A stretch of 63,999 nucleotides of DNA, filler included, from Barthelona sp. PAP020 (taxonomy: Eukaryota), in NCBI GenBank assembly GCA_040182905.1. It is 23 parts of 23 records of this genome, joined end to end, with 100 filler letters (N's around TTAATTAATTAA, not from the genome) between each part and the next. Parts side by side here need not be neighbours in the genome. Positions count along the whole stretch, not along the records: positions 20,182 to 22,933 come from JARQWU010000795.1; positions 23,034 to 25,779 come from JARQWU010000796.1; positions 25,880 to 28,608 come from JARQWU010000797.1; positions 28,709 to 31,429 come from JARQWU010000798.1; positions 31,530 to 34,228 come from JARQWU010000800.1; 18 more parts are not named here. One strand, written 5' to 3'. Shown here in pieces: positions 21,241 to 33,509 of this stretch; within the stretch, counting starts at the first letter, position 1; each line of letters starts with the position of its first letter. The translations under genes were made by a program, and so were the position numbers. The notes under the pieces are model-generated. The model saw only the letters and a list, made by a program, of their open reading frames with translations. It did not search any database and was not told the origin of the DNA.

Positions 21241-21540
21241 GTAAAGATTTTACAAACATTTTCATAAATAAGACATGTATAACCCACATATAGGACAGTA
21301 GTTAAGATACAAGCATTACTCGGAGAGTTCGGCAAAAGTCAAAGAAATTCCAGATAAGACTCCAAACATAGAGATAACGCCAACAAGAACAATTCTTTAC
21401 TTCAAGAATACTGAATTTAATTCTTTTTTTTTAGGCGTCGAACATTCCAAAATCTTGGTCATCGAAAAACTTCTAACTATACCAAATCCCAACGTAATGG
21501 GTTAACATAAAAATAAAAGTCTTTCAAATTTATGAAAATT
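21241..21540. mobile_element. Repeat family C, short (300 bp) MITE-like copy
   Basis: Both ends match 9138-10159 but the ~730-nt interior is missing; perfect 12-bp inverted repeat ATTTTCATAAAT (21258-21269) / ATTTATGAAAAT (21528-21539). Confidence 0.7.
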
Positions 21541-21550
21541 GCTTCTTATT

Positions 21551-22591
21551 TCACATGAAACAAGCTTTATGATACACGATACCATTTGTGTCTCTGACTG
21601 CATTGACAAAATATAAATCACCATTGGAATCTCTCCTTTTTTCGATAATTTCCCCACAACTGCCACAAATTGTATCTTCAGTACTTTCAAATCCAAAACA
21701 TTTCAAACCTAATGAATTAAATCTACTATCTCTGATAGCATTTTCAATAATTGTTGCTTCAATTTTTTCTGATGGCAAAATAGCAACACGAACTGAACCA
21801 ACTTCTGTCTTTTCTTCTAAAACTTCCTCATTCAACCAATTTGTAACATCAGCAGTATAATATCCTCTAATATCATCCATTTGCTTCGTTCCAATATCTT
21901 CGTGTGTCTTCATATGTGCATGGAATAATTCTATGCTTCCTTTAAAGGAAGTATTACAAATATGACATACAAATGTGTTTTGGATGTTAGAATGAATATG
22001 CCTTTCACAATGATTTTGAATTTCTTCCTTTTTCTTGATCAAAAAGGCTAAAATTTCTTTCAAATTCGTATCATTCGGTTCAAAAAAAGGTTCATTAAAC
22101 AATAAACAATATTCATTGTATATAGTACATAGTATCGGAAGATACAAAGGGCAATAACATTCTTCAAACAAAAACAACAAATTGTTCTTTGTTTCCTTTA
22201 TAACTTGAATATTTATTGAATTCCAAAAACTATTTTTCAAATTTTCAGAGAAATTTAAAATTGTTTCAATAATGAAAAAAACCGTTAATTTTTTCGTTGT
22301 GTTATATCTGTCAGCAAAAATAAATAATGGCCTCCAGAATGTTTTTGCACATTGTAAAGAGTCATAATTATTGAATTCTCTGATTGAATTCTTCAAAATA
22401 TTCAATCTACCATTTTTGTAATTGATGTTAACACATTTTAAAGTCTGTTCAGAAATTACAACTCTAGCATCAAGTGATGTTAATAATGTGTTAATCCATG
22501 AATTTTCATATTTATAAATATTACTATTTCCTTGAAAAATATTCTTAAAATGATTCAATATCTTTCTTTCATTTTTTTCAAACTTGTCCAT
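21551..22591 (-). CDS. PCF11: Pcf11-like cleavage/polyadenylation factor (compact, divergent)
   Basis: C-terminal C..C...F......HMKTH, RGYY.....W and C..CGE.IE...D...LYFVNAV.....YHKAC zinc fingers; helical CID-like N-terminus. Confidence 0.7.
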   Translation of the reverse strand: MDKFEKNERKILNHFKNIFQGNSNIYKYENSWINTLLTSLDARVVISEQTLKCVNINYKNGRLNILKNSIREFNNYDSLQCAKTFWRPLFIFADRYNTTKKLTVFFIIETILNFSENLKNSFWNSINIQVIKETKNNLLFLFEECYCPLYLPILCTIYNEYCLLFNEPFFEPNDTNLKEILAFLIKKKEEIQNHCERHIHSNIQNTFVCHICNTSFKGSIELFHAHMKTHEDIGTKQMDDIRGYYTADVTNWLNEEVLEEKTEVGSVRVAILPSEKIEATIIENAIRDSRFNSLGLKCFGFESTEDTICGSCGEIIEKRRDSNGDLYFVNAVRDTNGIVYHKACFM

Positions 22592-22831
22592 GTATAATTA
22601 TTCGAAAATTCAAAAAAAATTTGACACAATAAACACAATAAAAAAAAGATCTGTTCTTTAATAACATGTTCCGTTATATTCTCTTTCCTATTATTGTGTC
22701 ATTTTATTTGTGACAAAAAGAAAAGAACCACTTCTCTATTTGGGAATTTATTTTTTTAACAAAAAAATGCAAATATTTTATAGAAAGTCTAAAAAAGTGC
22801 AAAAAATTATCCGAAAAAGTCATATATAAAG

Positions 22832-22933
22832 TTATTCATCATCAGCAGCACCCTTGGCAATAATTTCTCCAATGTTACCGGGAAGTTCGGCAATACTGCA
22901 TTCATAATGCTTTTCTAAAGAAATAATGAAGTC
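22832..22933 (-). CDS. DEAD-box helicase (eIF4A-like), C-terminal fragment
   Basis: LEKHYECSIAELPGNIGEII matches the eIF4A-family tail IE..Y...I.EMP.....LI. Confidence 0.6.
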   Translation of the reverse strand, partial: DFIISLEKHYECSIAELPGNIGEIIAKGAADDE

Positions 22934-23033
22934 NNNNNNNNNNNNNNNNNNNNNNNNNNNNNNNNNNNNNNNNNNNNTTAATTAATTAANNNNNNNNNNN
23001 NNNNNNNNNNNNNNNNNNNNNNNNNNNNNNNNN

Positions 23034-23140
23034 TTATTTCACTGTCAATTTTGATATCCATTAATATCAGAAATTGCAAGAAGAAACCTTAAACACATTT
23101 ATATTGTCTTTTACGTGAAATCCGTCCGCTTTACTACGAA
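23034..23140. repeat. Repeat family B segment
   Basis: Matches 2949-3028 and ~32057-32150 (TGAAATCCGTCCGCTTT). Confidence 0.85.
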
Positions 23141-23225
23141 CACCTTAGATCTCAATGCCCTTGAGCTTTTGACCAAAATTCATTTGAATGAATTTTCCGA
23201 GTTTGTTGTTGGTAAATAAGATAAT

Positions 23226-24098
23226 TATTTCCAAGCAAAGAACCACTGTGCGTATGAGTGAATAAAAAAAATAGTGTTTATTTGGTTAAAAGCTCTAGAA
23301 GCCGATTTATCTGTTGAAAACACCAGAATTTTGCTTTTGCAAAAATACAAAAGAAAAAGGAGCATAAAGTTCTTTGCAAGAGGTACAAAACTGGATCCAC
23401 ACAATAGCACTTTAGTCTAGATTCCTCATAACCTGAGTTTTGGCTGAAATTTACTGAAGTGACTCTTTTGGTTTCTTTTCACTGTAAATAAGTTTGTGTC
23501 ACTTCTAGAGCAAAGTATTAGGCCACTTTTATCTTTTCTTATTGTTACCATATCAATTATTGGAGTCTAACACAACAAGAACAAAAAATATTGATAATAA
23601 ATGATGTTGCTTTTATTGACTAAATTGAATGTTGACACACAATACCAACGTTGGAGACTCTCATGAAGAAGTGAAAAAATTTTCTTCAATTTGAGAAAAA
23701 AAGAAGATTTAATGGATAAATATCGCACTTTTGCAAGTTCAATTTGTGAATTTCGGTGCAGAAATATGTCAATACCATTAATACATCAACAAATCTGTAA
23801 AAATGAATTGGAACAATGTCTTTTGTAAAAATTATTCGAACAAACATAATCATGACAAACTTTCACAATTGCGTGACATTTTCACGAAGTTTAAATCAAT
23901 ATCAAAAGCTTAATTCGCTACATCAATTAGAAAAAGGAAATCTCAAGAAAGAATTAATCAATATTGTGAAGAGTTTTCCCCAAACCAGTCAATTAATCAT
24001 CAAATGTCATTTTGCCAACAACAACTAAATTAAAATAATGCCTAATTTGAGGGATAAATATTGAATATCCAAAAAGAACTGTTAATTTTGGAGGTTCT
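23226..24098 (+). repeat. Repeat family A, long copy directly upstream of an ankyrin gene
   Basis: Collinear with the reverse complement of 20227-21116; contains decayed coding-like frames. Confidence 0.9.
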
Positions 24099-24119
24099 TA
24101 TATTCTTTTTTTGCATAAT

Positions 24120-25779
24120 ATGGATCAAGTTGTTGTTCCAAATGGGTTCGATGTGGATGAATTTGAAGATAATGATCGTCTAAAGAAGATCTATTTTGCA
24201 GCATGTGGGGGTAATATTGAGGTAGTCAAACAGTGTATCAAAGCTGGTGTTGATGTGAACAAACAGGACAAGGAAGGAAGGACATCACTTTGGGGAGCTG
24301 TTTTTGGTGGGCATATAGAGGTTGTTGAGGTTTTGTTGGATTTTGGCACTGATGTTAATTTGTGTGATAAAGATGGTGTTTCTCCATTGTATGTCAGTTG
24401 TCAAAATGATCTTCTTGATGTTGCTAAAATTCTCTTGGATCATGAGGCTGATATTAATTTGTGTCCTGAGGATGGTAGTTCTTCATTACATATCAGTTGT
24501 CAACATGGTCATCTTGATACCGCCAAAATGCTCTTAGATTATGGAGCTGATGTTAATTTGTGTAAGAATAATGGTGCTTCTTCATTGTGCATCAGTTGTT
24601 ATAAAGGTCATCTTGATGTTGCCAGAATGCTCTTGGATCATGGAGCTGATATTAGTTTATGTATGAATGATGGTGCTTCTTCATTGTTCGTTAGTTGTCA
24701 AGAAGGTCATCTTGATGTTGTCAAGATGCTCTTGGATCATGGAGCTGATATTAATTTGTGTAATAATAATGGTGCTTCTCCATTTTACATCAGTTGTTAT
24801 AAAGGTGATCTTGATGTTGTCAAGATGCTCTTGAATCATGGAGCTGATGCCAATCAATGTACTAAAGATGGTGCTTCTCCATTGTACATCAGTTGTTATT
24901 ATGGTCATCTTGATGTTGCCAGAATACTCTTGGATCATGGAGTTGATGTTAATTTGTGTAGGGACGGTGGATTTTCTCCATTGTTCGTTAGTTGTCAAGA
25001 AGGTCATCTTGATGTTGCCAAAATGCTCTTGGATCATGGAACTGATATTAATTTGTGTAATGATAATGGTGCTTCTCCATTGTACATGAGTTGTCAAGAA
25101 GGTCATTTTGATGTTGCTGAAATGCTCTTGGATCATGGAGCTAATGTTAGTTTGTGTAGGAATGATGGTGCTTCTGCGTTGTTCATTAGTTGTCACGAAG
25201 ATCATCTTGATGTTGCCAAGATGCTCTTGGATCATGGAGCTGATATTAATTTGTGTAATGATAATGGTACTTCTCCATTGTTGATCAGTTGTTATAAAGG
25301 TGATCTTGATCTTGTCAAGATGCTCTTGGATCATGGAGCTGATGCCAATCAATGTACTAAAGATGGTGCTTCTCCATTGTTCATCAGTTGTTATTATGGT
25401 CATCTTGATGTTGCCAGAATGCTCTTGGATCATGGAATTGATATTAATTTATGTATGAATGATGGTGCTTCTCCATTGTTCGCTAGTTGTCAAAAAGGTC
25501 ATCTTGAAGATGCCAAGATGCTCTTGGATCATGGAGCTGATATTAATTTATGTATGGATGATGGTGTTTCTCCATTGTACATGAGTTGTCAAGAAGGTCA
25601 TTTTGATGTTGCCAAGATGCTCTTGGATCATGGAGCTGATGTTAATTTGTGTAAGGACAGTGGATTCTCTCCATTGTATATCAGTTGTTATAAAGATCAT
25701 CTTGATGTTGCCAAGATGCTTCTAGATTGTCCCGAAATAAACTTATATGGTGAAGATATGCTGTTATTTTTCAACAGAT
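24120..25779 (+). CDS. Ankyrin-repeat protein, 16 repeats (3' partial)
   Basis: 33-aa/99-bp repeats D[IV]NLCxx[DN]GxS[PS]LxxSCxxGHLDVAKMLLDHGA; 495-bp higher-order duplication (~24838 vs ~25333). Confidence 0.95.
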
Positions 25780-25879
25780 NNNNNNNNNNNNNNNNNNNNN
25801 NNNNNNNNNNNNNNNNNNNNNNNTTAATTAATTAANNNNNNNNNNNNNNNNNNNNNNNNNNNNNNNNNNNNNNNNNNNN

Positions 25880-25990
25880 AGAAAATCTAAAGTTTTTCAA
25901 CAGATCAATCGGGCCTCGAAAGCCTTTAACCAAATAAACACTATTCTTTCTTATTCACTCATACGCACAGTGCTTCTTGGCTTGGAAATA
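25880..25990 (-). repeat. Repeat family A core (at contig start)
   Basis: Reverse complement of the 14249-14360 core. Confidence 0.95.
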
Positions 25991-26601
25991 AATGAACTAT
26001 TAATTGTGAAAGCTTTGAGGTTCCAGACTTTTTTTGATAGATTGTATCTTTCATAAAAATGAAGAAAAGAACATTTTTTTTATTTAAATAATTTTTTTTT
26101 TTTTAAATTTAAAAAACAAAAAGGAGAACAAAATTGTCATAACAATTTTTACAATGAAAATAAAAATAAAAAGCTTTTTCAATAATGATGAGATTTTGAA
26201 GTTGATTGTAATTCAAGGAAAATTTGCATTTTTGATAAAAGAGAAAAAAAAAACGGAAAAATATATTAAATAGAAGATGAAATATCGAAATGAGGTGAGT
26301 TTTCAATGGAAAATAAGAATTTGCCAAAAAGTAAAAAAACAAGACGAAAAAAAAAACAAATTTTTGTTAAATTCTTTGATAAAACAAAGAATAGTTGATA
26401 TTTATATTTAATAATTAATTTGTTGTGACAATGGAAAAAAATTCCGGTAAAAAGGATTTGACAAGATCTAAAAAAAAAATCTGGATGGATCCAGAAATAT
26501 TTGAACAGGCAAATTCAATAAAAAAAAAAAATTTAACACTGTGAAAACAGAAATTTAGAAAACAAGGTGAAACAAAAATCTTCTTTCAAAAAGTAGCGGT
26601 T

Positions 26602-28608
26602 ATGAATGACCAGCTTTTATCTTATTTATTCGAAAATAATGTATCAGATGATATTAAGAAAGCTGTTGATACTTTTTTAGAAGTTCGAGAAATTTTCTAC
26701 ATCATATTTTTCAAGACCGCAGATGAAATTTGTTGTTTTTCTCAATTGGAAGGTATTTCTTATCATCTGAAACAGTTAAATAAAGATGCTGAATGTGATA
26801 TAACAATTTTTATAAAATCATTTAATAGTCAAACAAAAAAACCACAAATTCTTTCTTCATCCTTCAAATTAAAAGGAAAGAGAGTTTCGCATGAGATGTT
26901 TTCATTATTCTCTTTGATTTTTAATGTGTCAGAAAATCCAAAATTTCAAGATATAATTGTTGATATATTATATAAAGCTTACTCATTATGTGTTGGGGAA
27001 ATACCTGCATTTATTCCAAGTTCATCATCAATTATGAATTGGACGGATAATTCTTTTCTTTGTGATAAAGTAGTAGGAAGTTGGATTCGATCACTTGAGA
27101 ATATTCGTTCAAAGAAATCTTTAGCCACAAATTTGTATCAAGAATACCGATTTTTTCACGAATTACAAATGAAATGCAGGGAGTACAAGATTATCTTGAC
27201 TTGTAGTGATGCAGCACATATCTTGAATCTTACTAAAACATATCAACCTGATTTATATACTAAATTTCATATTGAATTGGATTTTTTGCAAAAGCATCGA
27301 ATTTTACTGCAAAAACATGCAAAATTTTTCAAAGAATTGATAAGCATATCGGATTCATTCAATCATCAATTTATGATTCCCAAGAAATTGAAAGTTTACA
27401 CACATATTTTAGATAAATGTAAGTTTTCATCATTTTATGCTGAAGATTCTCAATTTAAGAGGTTATTTGGTATTTTTTGGTATGATATTATCGAAAGTCT
27501 TGTAAATTATGTAAATTTGCGAGAAACCATTGATTTTGGTGTATTAGATCGAATAAAAGGAGCTTTAGCCACTTTGTATAGATGTAGAGGCATGCTCACT
27601 GAACTTAAGATATTATTACAAGATGAAAATCAAGAAAAAGAGGATGACAATTTTGAAGGTGAAGTTACTCAAATTCAATCACTAAAAAAGAAAGTTAATA
27701 ATGATTACATTGATTTTTCAGAATTTACTGGAATTTATTCGGCAAAATTTTTTGGAAATTTGTTTAAAAAAGAAATTATTCATACAAATAAATTAAAGAA
27801 TGTCATTTCTGATCAGTCAAAAGAAAAAGAAAAGTCTTTAGCCTTGGAATTACAGAAAATCATTCACACTTATGCTGATTGGTTAGAATCATGGTTATTG
27901 ATTACACATGATGCTATTGTTGTATATATTCAAGTCCGTTTGATTCCTTTGGTTGCTTGTGTTCCAAATACAACTGGACAACAATTTTTCAGTCATTCAC
28001 AACTATTAATTCAATTTTCAAAGGATATTATATACGATACAAATGGATTACAATCAAAAGAGCGTAATACAACAATTAGCAAGGATAAACTGAACAAGTT
28101 TTATAAAAGTATTAAAGAATATGAGCTAATTGCTTTGAATTATTTGAAACATTATTTTAAACAGGCAAGAGAACAATCGACTTCCTTTGAAGTGTTTTTA
28201 TTGCTTAAACCCTTATTAGCACAAGATATGTTAACATCTGTTGTTGAATTTTTAGATTCTGAATTTTTAGACCATTTAAAAATGGTAAATAACCTGTTTG
28301 AAAGAAGTTCAGAAGCATATGCCACAACAGAAGCTCCCAGCTTTAGTGTTTGGAGAGATTTGGATATAAACGTGTCAGATTATCTCCAATTGATTCAAAT
28401 GTACAGTAATTTAGCAGATGAGTTTGTTGAAACATATGATTTAGATGAGTTTAGGGTTATATATTCCAAAAGGCAAGTTAATAATAGCGGTAAGGATAAT
28501 CAAATGGTTGCTGATATAAATGTTCTGCTTGTCAGATTAACCAATCAACTAGCTGATTTTCAAAAAGAGACCACTGATACATTGCATGACTTTTTGAGAT
28601 ATTTTCTT
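26602..28608 (+). CDS. Large helical protein, possibly a divergent dynein heavy chain N-terminal tail (partial)
   Basis: Frame open for about 669 aa; DKVVGSWIRSLENI...LYQEYRFF..L...ILTCSD..HIL weakly resembles DHC_N1. Confidence 0.5.
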
Positions 28609-28708
28609 NNNNNNNNNNNNNNNNNNNNNNNNNNNNNNNNNNNNNNNNNNNNTTAATTAATTAANNNNNNNNNNNNNNNNNNNNNNNNNNNNNNNNNNNN
28701 NNNNNNNN

Positions 28709-30459
28709 TCAGGATCCAATGAAACAAAAGGATTGTCGGAACCAACAGTTCTATTGATAGGCTTGAAATCCATTCCAAAATCATAGTCTTCTTCATCATC
28801 ATTGAGAAAATCTTCATCCTCAATGTACTCACCACCAATCTTGTCTGTAACAGCAACATCATCAGATTCTTCTTCTTCTTCTTCTTCTTCAACATCAGAT
28901 TCATTACCAAATTCTGCTTGTTTTTCAAGATATCCACCCATGTTCTTTTTATGTTCTCTTTGTTTCTTTTTCAAATATTTTCCTCTTTGTAATTCAGCAG
29001 GAATAACAAATTGTTCCTTTTCCTCACTGCATACATCATCTTTAGCTTCCGATGGAGGAAGAATAATGAATTCTGTCTTTCTGGTATCAGGGATATCATT
29101 CAAGAATGATCTAATATCTTCATGAATTACATCTGTAACTATTTGAGCACCAGCAGTGATCAATTCTTCTGCTTGCTCTTGACTAACAATATTTGCTCCA
29201 GTTTCCATTTCATTGATCTTAGGAGGCAAAGTATAAAAGGGAATCTTACCAATATTCCATGAATTCAATACAATTCTAGCAGCAAACTCATAATCTGGAT
29301 TTCCACTTTTAAATTTACCACGACCTTGAGCTAATTTAGCCAAAAATTCAACAACGTCTCCTTCTCTAAACAAAGGAATATTAAAAATCCTTGCCAAAGT
29401 CTCAGGATTAGTCCTTGATAAAATGGCACGAACAGGGGATATAACGTCATCTAATCTTTCAACACGAACGGCATTTCTCAAAATGATATCAGACGAGTTG
29501 TCATTTTCAGGATCTGCCAAAATGACACCAGGAGAGTCTAACAAACTTATATGACTGTCTAACTTGATTTCAGATATATGCCTTGTCAATCCAGGAACAG
29601 CACCTGCAATAACAACATGTTGACGACTTAACGAATTAACTAAACTCGACTTACCCACGTTAGGATATCCAACAACACCTACAATCATAGAATGCTTGAT
29701 GGTCACATTACCCATCTTCACTTTTTGCATATTTTTCAAAGTGTTGATAAGTATCTTTACACCTTTCGCTTGACGACTCTTTCCATGAGAGCTTTCAGAT
29801 AAATTATGTTTTTGTTTTTGGGTTGAAGATTTAAAAGGAATGACAGTAACACCTTGAGCTTGATAAAAGTTGATCCAAGCTTCAACAGCTTCAGGTGGTA
29901 CCAAGTCAATTTTGTTCATCACCAAAACTAATCTTTTATCAGGATTATCTGCAATCATACGCTCTACTTGAGTACATCTACATCCTTGAGGATCTCTTGC
30001 ATCAACAACTTCTAAAATAATGTCTGATAAATCAATAACTTCTCTTAATTCTTTTAAAAAACTGCGTGCTTCAGCACGAGATATATTTGATAAACTGGAA
30101 GTGTTATTCAAAGCTTCTTGATTCATCCTATATTCCTCTTCTTTTTGTTTTCTTTCAAATAAAAACAATTCCAATTGTTGCTGAGATGTTAAATTAGAAC
30201 GTTCTTTTCTTTCTTTGGCTCTTTGTGCTCTTTGTTCAGCTTTTTTTTCTTTAATTCTCCTCTCAACTTCCATACCTTCCTTTTGTTCTTTAGATAACCA
30301 AGACCAAGGTACTGCTGGTTCTTTTTTCTCTCTATATTTTTGAGGATTCTTCTTTTTGTCACGAGCGATACTGTGTTTTTTGGCTTTCGCTTTTCGTCTG
30401 ATTGTTTTTTCAAGACTACGTGTCATTCTTTTCGACGTGTGATTCTTTCCTTTTGACAT
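28709..30459 (-). CDS. GNL3: Nucleostemin/GNL3/Nug1 circularly permuted GTPase (3' partial)
   Basis: Basic N-terminus, EVVDARDP, NKIDLVP, GVVGYPNVGKSSLVNSL, LLDSPG, G.IPFYTLPP. Confidence 0.9.
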
Positions 30460-30543
30460 TTTGAACTTTTCTTCGTCAAAAAAAAATAATGAAAGATTTG
30501 TTTGAAAATTTTTATGTTGGTTTTTTTTGCATATTCACTTTAA

Positions 30544-31429
30544 ATGAACACTGAAATTGAGTCACAAAATGAATTTAGAAATCTTACAAACAATTTGTTG
30601 AAGTGTTATCGAAAAAGTAAGTTGAGAAGTTCTATTCCTCAAAAATTGGAGGAATTAGTTGATTACATTGAAACACATGATGTATCATATCATGAAAATT
30701 CGGGTAGTTATCATAAATTACTTGGTCGTAGGATATTTTATCCAATACTGAAGTTATTGCAAATAAATTCAGACATATCTCCAGAATTTATTGCACAGTT
30801 GTTTGTTTATGCCTATAATATGGATATTGATGACAAAAAATATGAAAACTTCCGTCGTTTTTTACTGCAAATTGTTGAAGAACATCAAAATTATGAAGAT
30901 AGGCTTGTAGCTTTAGAAATAGAAAGAATTAATCGTAAAGATTATTTTTCGGCTAGAAAAACAGCCGAAAGAGAGATTCCTCGTTTAGAAGGACGTTTTA
31001 CTGAACTTAGACCACCAATAATAACACAAACAGAAGTTGAAAGTTTACCTGCTTTTTCTTACTTGCATGATATCAACTTAAATAGTCTTTCAATCCCTAA
31101 TGTCTTTTTGGCTATTGTCTTTTCATATCCACTTCAATCCCATCATATAGTTCACATGTTAAAAGGAGTGCCAAGATCATTTGTTGATCATTTGTTGAAT
31201 TATAGTTATCAAAACCTTCATTTAAGCAGTGGTAGCTTCAGAAGTGGATTGTTGAAGTGGCTGCAAGCTGTTATTGATGCACGTTTGGTTGAACAATTGG
31301 TTGTGCCTTCACAATATTGGGTTCCCCTCTTTTGTGCACTGGAGAATGATTTTATGAAGGAAGATCAGATGATTGAGAGTGCTGCTGGTCAGATAGATCA
31401 TTTTATCACACAAATTGATTCATTCGCAT
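30544..31429 (+). CDS. Hypothetical protein (3' partial)
   Basis: Frame open for about 295 aa; head-to-head with GNL3 (84-nt gap). Confidence 0.7.
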
Positions 31430-31529
31430 NNNNNNNNNNNNNNNNNNNNNNNNNNNNNNNNNNNNNNNNNNNNTTAATTAATTAANNNNNNNNNNNNNNN
31501 NNNNNNNNNNNNNNNNNNNNNNNNNNNNN

Positions 31530-32160
31530 TGTTCAGAAATGGCGGGAAAGTTTTTCCTGCACCGGAAAATATTCTTTTCTCTTTTCCCGCAAAGTTCTTG
31601 CTCCAGGCTGAAACTTTGTAGGATTAATCTCTGATACTGGTTGATTTGGTGTAGGGAAACAGGGTAGCATATTGTGGGTTTTGCTTGACTCACACAAACG
31701 CATCCAAACATTTTCTTGTTGTTGCTTTCTTGTGAAATGCCCGCTGCGCTTCACAAAAATTCAGTTGACAAAATAATAAACATTTAATAAAAGCTTTTAC
31801 TGTTCAAGGTTAGAGTTTGGGTTACTTGTCACTGGTCTGTTTTGCGTGGATGGTTCAAAACATTAGTAAATAGAAGTGTTTTCAGTTCAGATGGGGCGTG
31901 TATTTAAAGAAAGGTGGCACACTTTTCTTTAGCCCCTTGATTCCCTTAAAATGTCTCCACTTATGCTTTCTTTGTAAAACCTTCATATTCTTTGTTGACC
32001 TGTTCTATATGATTGTATCCTTCATTTTCTTATAATTCCGTCTTATTGCTTAATATTTTCAATTTTGATACCAATTAACATCAAAAATTGCCAGAAGAAG
32101 CATTATACACATTTATACTGTTCTTTTCATGAAATCCGTCCGCTTTGTTGTGAATACAAA
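31530..32160. repeat. Repeat family B, longest copy; possible decayed transposase 5' region on the minus strand
   Basis: Shares blocks with 60-300, 2949-3028 and 23034-23140. A minus-strand frame with two stops reads ..SIRD*SYKVSAWSKNFAGKEKRIFSGAGKTFPPFL. Confidence 0.65.
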
Positions 32161-32387
32161 TGCAAATAAGTTTCCATTTACAAAAGAAGGTGGAAATAAC
32201 TTTATTACACTTTAATATTCAGAGAATTAAGAATAGAAAATTGAGTGAAAATTTATTGTGTCTGTGTGAAATTCTTTTGTGTTCTTTTGAATTCTTTCCT
32301 ATCTTTGTCCCAAGCTTTACCAAATAAAACTCTGAACACAAGGAAACAATTGACAAAACAACTGGAATAAACAAATATTTGAAACTT

Positions 32388-33278
32388 TTACAATATAAAA
32401 CAACACCTAGATTCGGCATTTTCTTCAATATCACCCATTAAACCACCACTAATCCTCTTTTTACTACTTTCACGCTTGACTATTGTATCATTTCTAACAT
32501 TATCAGCGATCATAACATCTATATCTTTCTCTGCATCTAATTCATTGTAAACATGTTCATTTTCATTTGCATTGTAACGATATTCATTTGTATCGCACCG
32601 GTAATCCACCACAATATCATTCAACTCAATGTTAATATCAGAACTGCTTGAACTTTTTCTTTTCATTGCATTTGTGCTGATTTTCCATTCATCAGGAGGC
32701 ATCTCACTTTGTAATGGAGGACGAACTGAAAGAGTCAAGGACTCAGATATGGCACCATAATTTGAATAATTCATTTGAGCCTCAATTAATGAAATTCCTT
32801 CATTTCTTCCAATTTTCTTTTGAGGATCAATAGCTTGACTGGGATCATCAATCCAACCACAAACTGGACATCTAGACCCAGAATTCATGCTTATTATTGT
32901 TAAAAAATGACAACATGGACATGAAAAATTAGATGATGACTTTGCTGGGGAAAAAATTAAATTTTGAGTAGAACTCTCTCTTTTTTGTAACCCCCAAATA
33001 GCATGCAAAAATTGTGTTGGTTCATCGTTAAAAGTATATGATCGTTCAACACAATCTTCAAATACAGTTTGATTTTCCAACTCTTCACAAAAACTATAAA
33101 CCAAATTCTTTCCGATATAATCATTAACAATTTCTATTTGGGTATTAAATATTGATAAAACATCATCATATATCATTGGAAAATGAGTTCTTTCCAAAGA
33201 TAATTGTGTAACATTATGAACCAACATTCTATAAGAACCATGTGGGTTAGGAGTTTTTAAAGTAATGTTTAGCTTCAT
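32388..33278 (-). CDS. CPCC Cys-rich domain protein with C-terminal CaaX box
   Basis: CPCCHFLTI...RCPVCGWIDDPSQAIDP...GRN.GISLIEAQMNY..YGA......VRPPL..E; ends SRCCFIL*. Confidence 0.8.
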   Translation of the reverse strand: MKLNITLKTPNPHGSYRMLVHNVTQLSLERTHFPMIYDDVLSIFNTQIEIVNDYIGKNLVYSFCEELENQTVFEDCVERSYTFNDEPTQFLHAIWGLQKRESSTQNLIFSPAKSSSNFSCPCCHFLTIISMNSGSRCPVCGWIDDPSQAIDPQKKIGRNEGISLIEAQMNYSNYGAISESLTLSVRPPLQSEMPPDEWKISTNAMKRKSSSSSDINIELNDIVVDYRCDTNEYRYNANENEHVYNELDAEKDIDVMIADNVRNDTIVKRESSKKRISGGLMGDIEENAESRCCFIL

Positions 33279-33509
33279 TGTAATTCGATTATATCACTTT
33301 AACAATGTTTTTATTAAAGGACAAGTCAAATAGAACAAAAAGTTTTAACAATTCTAACATTTTCACAACTTTATTTTCTCAAGTTTTTCTTATTAAATAT
33401 GAATAAGGGGAATTTATTGAACAAATAAATGGGTTAAAAAAATAAAAATTGTCAAAAATCAAAGTAACAAAAAAATGAACAGAATTTTATTCAAAAATCA
33501 TTGTAAAAA

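Noticed and set aside
24322..25433. Alternative-frame and antisense repetitive ORFs over the ankyrin gene (24322, 24681, 24838; also 37298, 37471, 37785)
   Set aside because: Shadow ORFs produced by 99-bp tandem repeats with biased codons.
24120..25779. 99-bp periodic DNA repeats as a CRISPR array or DGR template/variable repeats
   Set aside because: The repeats are contiguous in-frame ankyrin units with no unique spacers. No cas or reverse transcriptase gene is present and no adenine-specific pattern was evident.
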